A stretch of DNA of 64,000 bases. Origin: Synechococcus sp. (GTDB lineage: Bacteria; Cyanobacteriota; Cyanobacteriia; PCC-6307; Cyanobiaceae). The position numbers and the translations under genes were made by a program. Numbering within the stretch: position 1 is the stretch's first letter; each line of letters opens with the position of its first letter. The notes below the pieces were generated by a model. The model searched no databases and was not told where the DNA came from. It was given only the letters and a program-made list of their open reading frames with translations. This document shows positions 59,658 through 64,000 of the stretch, in pieces. The stretch is taken from NCBI GenBank assembly GCA_047286205.1, contig JBJBBR010000001.1:517373-581372 (forward strand), in the 5' to 3' direction.

Positions 59658-60311
59658 ATGCTCATTCCCCTGCGCCCCGGTGAACTGCAACGGCTGATCC
59701 CCGCCGTTGCCACCGGCAACCAATTCCGCGTCTCCCTTGGCAAACCCCAGGAAGTGCTGCAGCGCCTGATGATCGCCGCCATCGGCGGAGTGATCACCCT
59801 GCTGATCAGTCAGAACCAAATGTCCAGCCGTTGGGGCCCCTTCTGGCTGGTGACTGGCGTGGTTTTTCTGTTGTATGTGCTCTGGGGTCCAATCCTGCAG
59901 GCAGGTCAACGCAATGCCACCCTGCGGCGCTATCCAGCGGCAGCTCTCTTCGAAGGAGAGGTGGCGGACGTGATCACGCGAGAGCGCATTGAGAACCGCC
60001 ATGAGCAGGCCGACAGCCGCGGCCGGCTTGAGCTTGTGGAGAACCGCCGCACCTGGATGCTGCTCGAACTCGAAGACGAGGAGGGCTATCTGGGTCGGGT
60101 GGCCTTCCCAATGGACAAGAAACACCAGTCGATTCGCCGCGGCAGCGTGGTCCGCTGCTTGGTGCTGAGTGAACGCAAGGATTTCTCAAAAATCGGCGCC
60201 CTCAGCGATGCATGGCTGCCAGGCCTAAGGATGTGGGTGGGCGAATATCCCTTCCTTTTAAGACCCGCCTTTGAAGAGCTGTGCCAGCTACGCCTGAACC
60301 GCCGCCGCTGA
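59658..60311 (+). CDS. conserved cyanobacterial membrane protein
   Basis: 217 aa with two TM helices near the N-terminus. Lies 10 nt after dapB. Confidence 0.55.
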   Translation: MLIPLRPGELQRLIPAVATGNQFRVSLGKPQEVLQRLMIAAIGGVITLLISQNQMSSRWGPFWLVTGVVFLLYVLWGPILQAGQRNATLRRYPAAALFEGEVADVITRERIENRHEQADSRGRLELVENRRTWMLLELEDEEGYLGRVAFPMDKKHQSIRRGSVVRCLVLSERKDFSKIGALSDAWLPGLRMWVGEYPFLLRPAFEELCQLRLNRRR

Positions 60312-60328
60312 ACATTTCTTAAAGTTGG

Positions 60329-60346
60329 TTTACACTTCTTAGCAAT
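60329..60346 (+). promoter_or_regulatory. HLR1-like direct repeat upstream of second hli gene
   Basis: TTTACACT-TC-TTAGCAAT matches (G/T)TTACA(T/A)(T/A)-N2-repeat at 7/8 and 6/8. It ends 15 nt before the ATG, so it would overlap the core promoter. Confidence 0.35.
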
Positions 60347-60361
60347 TCAACAGCGGCTTCC

Positions 60362-60613
60362 ATGTCCCAAGCTCCTTCCCCGAATCCTGTGGTCCGCGGT
60401 GCAACGGTCACCATGGAGGATGGCGGCCGACTCAACGCTTTCGCTACGGAGCCCCGCATGGAGCTGGTTGAAGCCGAACAGGGCTGGGGCTTCCATGACC
60501 GCGCCGAAAAGCTCAACGGCCGGATGGCCATGCTGGGCTTCATCTCCCTGCTTGCCACAGAGATCGCTCTGGGCGGCGAATCATTCGTTCATGGGCTACT
60601 CGGCCTGGGCTGA
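60362..60613 (+). CDS. hli: high-light-inducible protein (HLIP)
   Basis: [26 protein letters not shown] is the canonical HLIP helix. Confidence 0.9.
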   Translation: MSQAPSPNPVVRGATVTMEDGGRLNAFATEPRMELVEAEQGWGFHDRAEKLNGRMAMLGFISLLATEIALGGESFVHGLLGLG

Positions 60614-60654
60614 TTCCCTCGCACTGCGTTGGGATGGCTGGCCAAACTCTCTAA

Positions 60655-61800
60655 ATGGCTCCATCCCCTCTTCAAATTCATGTTTTGGGCGCTGGTCCAA
60701 CCGGTGCCCTTACTGCCCTTGCCCTCGGTCTTTCTGGTCAGCGCGTTGTCCTGTTTGACCCGCTGACGGCTTTGGAACTTCAAGGAAGAAGCAGGGCCTA
60801 CGCCATCACCCATTCCAGCCGTCGGCTGTTGACTTCTCTCGGGCTTTGGAACGATCTCCAAAAGGCCTTAGTTTCCTTCCGTTACCTGGATTTACGGGAC
60901 GCTGCCACCAATGCCCGAGTTTTATTCGGCCAGGACGATCTCGCGTCAGCCAACCGGAACCACGACGGCATTGGCTGGATCCTGGATCACCGTCCGTTGA
61001 TGGAACTGTTGCTGGCCCGTCTGAAGGCCAATGCCAACGTTGCGGTGCATCTGGCCGAACCTTGCCCAGAGCCAAGCCCAGAGGCCCTGATCGTCGCGGC
61101 TGATGGACCACGTTCCCCCACGCGAGAGGCCTGGGGTATTCGTCACTGGGGGATTCGCTATCAACAGGGTTGCCTGACCGCCAAGGTTGTCCTGCGGGGA
61201 CTCGACCACGACAGGGCCTGCGAGTTGTTTCGTCCAGAGGGCCCTCTTGCTGTGCTGCCTCTGGGGCAGGGAGCCTTCCAGGTGGTGTGGAGCGCACCCT
61301 GGCAGCGTTGCCAGCAACGAAGCACGCTGCAGCGCAGTGCGTTTCTCGATCAGCTGGCCGCCGTTCTTCCCCAGGGGATTGAACCTGATCGTCTGCTCGA
61401 TCAACCCCGTGCTTTCCCGCAGCAATGGCTGCTCGCGCAGAGCTTTCATCGGGGACGGGGGGTGCTGATCGGCGAAGCCGCCCACCGCTGCCATCCCGTG
61501 GGAGGCCAGGGGCTCAATCTGTGCTGGCGGGATGTGGAGGGTCTGCTTTGCGCCGTGCAACGGGGCGGCAGCGCTGCAACGATTGCGCGGAACTACGGGA
61601 TGCGTCGCTGGTTGGATGTGCTCCAGGTGGGTTTAGCGACGGATCTTCTGGTGCGCGTGTTTTCCAACCGCCAACCGCTGCTGTTGCCGCTCCGGCGCTT
61701 GGCTCTGCAGCTGCTGAAACACTTTTCTGTGCTGCGCAAGCTCAGTCTGCGGGCCATGAGTGACGGCCCCATGCAGCTGTGGAAAGCATTGCCAAACTGA
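60655..61800 (+). CDS. FAD-dependent monooxygenase, UbiH/UbiF/COQ6 family
   Basis: VLGAGPTGALTALAL FAD loop and IGEAAHRCHPVGGQGLNLCWRDV signature. Confidence 0.85.
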   Translation: MAPSPLQIHVLGAGPTGALTALALGLSGQRVVLFDPLTALELQGRSRAYAITHSSRRLLTSLGLWNDLQKALVSFRYLDLRDAATNARVLFGQDDLASANRNHDGIGWILDHRPLMELLLARLKANANVAVHLAEPCPEPSPEALIVAADGPRSPTREAWGIRHWGIRYQQGCLTAKVVLRGLDHDRACELFRPEGPLAVLPLGQGAFQVVWSAPWQRCQQRSTLQRSAFLDQLAAVLPQGIEPDRLLDQPRAFPQQWLLAQSFHRGRGVLIGEAAHRCHPVGGQGLNLCWRDVEGLLCAVQRGGSAATIARNYGMRRWLDVLQVGLATDLLVRVFSNRQPLLLPLRRLALQLLKHFSVLRKLSLRAMSDGPMQLWKALPN

Positions 61801-61820
61801 CCACAGCGCCGGTAGACCCC

Positions 61821-62033
61821 ATGGTGATGTCCAGCCAGCGGCAGCCTCAAGCAACCGACGCCCTGCTGCAATTTCTCCAGCGTCGGCTTGGGCTCAGCCC
61901 CAGTGCGATTGAACTGGGGCTACGCCAGGCGGAACTGGAGCAAGCCCCTCTCCCGATCGTGCTTTGGAGCTTCGGATTGTTGAGCTTGAACCAGCTAGAA
62001 GAAGTCTTCGACTGGCAGAACAGTCAGCCGTAA
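61821..62033 (+). CDS. DUF2949-like small protein
   Basis: [51 protein letters not shown] matches my recollection of DUF2949. ATG 61821 chosen (track GTG 61779 overlaps the upstream gene). Confidence 0.6.
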   Translation: MVMSSQRQPQATDALLQFLQRRLGLSPSAIELGLRQAELEQAPLPIVLWSFGLLSLNQLEEVFDWQNSQP

Positions 62034-62587
62034 CGGAGCAACGCATCCACCGGTTGACCTTCCGGTAATGATTGACGCCCCCCGAGACCCTCCAGCTCGA
62101 TCACGAACGCAAATCCCACCAAGCAAGCACCGGCCTGCTCCACCAATGTTCCTGTAGCTGCAGCGGTTCCACCCGTGGCAAGCAGATCGTCCACCACCAG
62201 AACCCGCGGTGAATTCTCAAACGCATCAGCTTGGATTTCCAGCCGATCGCTGCCGTACTCCAGGGCATAGTCCAAACCGACAACCTCGCCGGGGAGCTTT
62301 CCAGGCTTACGCACGGGCACAAAACCAAGTCCTCGATCGCTGGCCAGGGGAGCTCCAAAAATGAAACCCCGGGATTCAATCCCCACGATCAGATCAGGCT
62401 TCACCTGGTCGCACACCCGGCCAAGCTGCCGGATCACCTCTGCCATGGCTGCCGGTGATCGCAGCAGCGGATTGATGTCTCGAAACAGAATTCCAGGCTT
62501 GGGAAAGTCTGGAATTGAGCGAATGTGCGACTGAAGATCCAAATCCAGGTGACGCAATGGCAGGGCCCCTGGCATCATCGCAGCCAT
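62024..62587 (-). CDS. apt: adenine phosphoribosyltransferase
   Basis: [46 protein letters not shown]. Start is one of three clustered Met codons (62587/62578/62575). Confidence 0.9.
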   Translation of the reverse strand: MAAMMPGALPLRHLDLDLQSHIRSIPDFPKPGILFRDINPLLRSPAAMAEVIRQLGRVCDQVKPDLIVGIESRGFIFGAPLASDRGLGFVPVRKPGKLPGEVVGLDYALEYGSDRLEIQADAFENSPRVLVVDDLLATGGTAAATGTLVEQAGACLVGFAFVIELEGLGGRQSLPEGQPVDALLRYG

Positions 62588-63134
62588 GACAGAAGCTCCA
62601 GCCTTAAGTGCCCCCAAGGACGGTGCACGTCTCAGTCGGCGGGGCGTCGAGCGTCTCGACCTTCTGCTGCTCACCATCGAGGCTCTCGACCTCAATGGTG
62701 GCGAAGCGATGGTCTGGACAAGCCAGCAGATGGGTCTCCAGGCGCAATTCCCCAACCGCGTGGAGCTGTGGAAGCGGCGTTGTCATAACCCCCTCAGGCG
62801 CACGACCCGTCGGGACCAACTCGAACCTGTTGACGCCGAATCCCTGATCTGCCTGGTCTGTGCCATGGCAGAGCGCCTCTATCCAATGCTCCACCAACTC
62901 CTGTCGAGCCGCGAGCCAGAACAGCTCACTGAGCAGCGTTGGCAGTTGTTCCATGAGCGTCTGCGTGACCTCATCGAGGAGCGGATGAATCCGCGGCGAG
63001 AAGCCGTTGTTCGCCTTCTGCATATGGAGCCGGCTGGACCTCTGCACCGTCAGCTGATCAGCACCCTGGCGTTCTGCGCAGGCCCGGGAGGCATCAATCG
63101 GCTCCGCGCCACCTTGCTCGACCCCAACCCTTAG
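62586..63134 (+). CDS. DUF3038-like conserved cyanobacterial protein
   Basis: [25 protein letters not shown] near the N-terminus. 182 aa. Confidence 0.55.
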   Translation: MTEAPALSAPKDGARLSRRGVERLDLLLLTIEALDLNGGEAMVWTSQQMGLQAQFPNRVELWKRRCHNPLRRTTRRDQLEPVDAESLICLVCAMAERLYPMLHQLLSSREPEQLTEQRWQLFHERLRDLIEERMNPRREAVVRLLHMEPAGPLHRQLISTLAFCAGPGGINRLRATLLDPNP

Positions 63135-63141
63135 GCCGACC

Positions 63142-63756
63142 ATGTTGAAAACAACGTACCGCTACGAACAAACGGCAGCACGGCTGGTGGTGGAGGGCTT
63201 TCCGGATCTCTCCGCCGGCCATTCCAGTGATGCGATCGGAATCCTGTCGTCCTGGCGCCTGCAGTTGGTGGGGGCACCGGAACTTGAAGGCACTCGGGAT
63301 CATCTCGAGGCTCTGATGGCAGCGGTGATGCCCTACGCCAGATATCGCTTGTCGGGAGTTCAGCGCCGCTTTGGCCCGGAGAGTGGTTTTGTAAGCATCG
63401 GTCCGGATCAGAGAACCCATCTGCTCGAACTGCGCAGCAGCCGAGAAGGCGTTGAACCTCTACAGCTCAAGCTCGATGACGCTGAATTGGCCGATCTGGT
63501 TCGCTGCCTCGATCAGTTGCGGATCGACCCCAGAATCAAGTTGACCTGGATGTTCCCCGAAGACCGTCCCCTGCAGCGCAAGGAAATCGTCGATCGCATT
63601 CCTCTAAAAAAACGTCTGGGCCCACCACTTCTGGCAGGAGTTGCCCTGGCGTGCTCCATTGCCACAGCATGGTTGGTTCCTTTGCCTGAGGAGATCAAGG
63701 AGTCGTCTCCAACAGCAGCCCCGGTTGACAAGCCGGAAACCCAGTCAGACCGTTGA
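63142..63756 (+). CDS. DUF4335-like conserved cyanobacterial protein
   Basis: YEQTAARLVVEGFPDLS...SWRLQLVG..., with a C-terminal TM helix. Lies 7 nt after the previous gene. Confidence 0.55.
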   Translation: MLKTTYRYEQTAARLVVEGFPDLSAGHSSDAIGILSSWRLQLVGAPELEGTRDHLEALMAAVMPYARYRLSGVQRRFGPESGFVSIGPDQRTHLLELRSSREGVEPLQLKLDDAELADLVRCLDQLRIDPRIKLTWMFPEDRPLQRKEIVDRIPLKKRLGPPLLAGVALACSIATAWLVPLPEEIKESSPTAAPVDKPETQSDR

Positions 63757-63815
63757 CGTGCAGAAATCACGCTTCAGAATCGCCGGAGTGACGGCATCCT
63801 GATCCGAACCATGCC

Positions 63816-64000
63816 ATGAAGAAGGCGCGCCGGAGCAGCAAACTCGATCAGCGGAGGGTCTTCCGCCCACGGCGTCGGTTCCCTTACGGAGCCGTCTTGC
63901 GTCAGTTAAGCGTCGTCGTACTGATGCTGGCTGCCGCTTCAGGTCTCGCCGTGCTGCTGCATCAGTTGCCCCAGAAGGTCGACATCATGCTGCTGCTCAG
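63816..64000 (+). CDS. partial ORF (5' end only), membrane-anchored basic protein
   Basis: MKKARRSSKLDQRRVFRPRRRFPYGAVLRQLSVVVLMLAAASGLAVLL... runs off the window edge. Confidence 0.3.
   Translation, partial: MKKARRSSKLDQRRVFRPRRRFPYGAVLRQLSVVVLMLAAASGLAVLLHQLPQKVDIMLLL

Overview
This 64-kb window is a high-GC chromosomal segment, roughly 55-60% GC by eye. It reads like a marine picocyanobacterium of the Synechococcus cluster-5.1 type. Supporting genes are two HLIP (hli) genes, chlH, ycf36, a cyAbrB regulator, and many small conserved cyanobacterial proteins with dense operon packing. Most of the window is ordinary core metabolism: carB, chlH, dapB, tpiA, folP, apt, metY-metA, rsfS, cbiX, an initiator tRNA-Met, a four-gene polar amino-acid ABC importer, SulP and AGCS transporters, and an MsbA-like exporter. 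I saw no rRNA, CRISPR array, transposase, integrase or prophage. Several visibly AT-richer islets interrupt the core: about 1-3350, 19530-20640 and 53700-54685, with weaker ones at about 27998-28959 and 30200-31250. They carry orphan or small genes.

The locus I consider most worth follow-up is a tightly packed minus-strand operon at 14067-16275. It converges on a Fur-family regulator gene. It combines an ArsS-like radical SAM/Cys-rich enzyme with two paralogous small proteins that share a Cys/His/Met-rich C-terminal motif. One of these also carries 14 consecutive hydrophobic Gly-pentads, encoded by a degenerate 30-bp tandem repeat.

Secondary leads:
- a GpsA-like / kinase / DOMON-like operon near a putative glucosylglycerol-phosphate phosphatase
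- a low-GC P-loop orphan whose Walker A lies upstream of any canonical start codon
- HLR1-like (RpaB-type) repeats in front of both hli genes
- two terminator-defined candidate non-coding transcripts
- phage-like zinc-ribbon mini-proteins

All functional calls rest on motif recognition from the translations. No database search was possible. DUF/TIGR names are from memory and need HMM confirmation.
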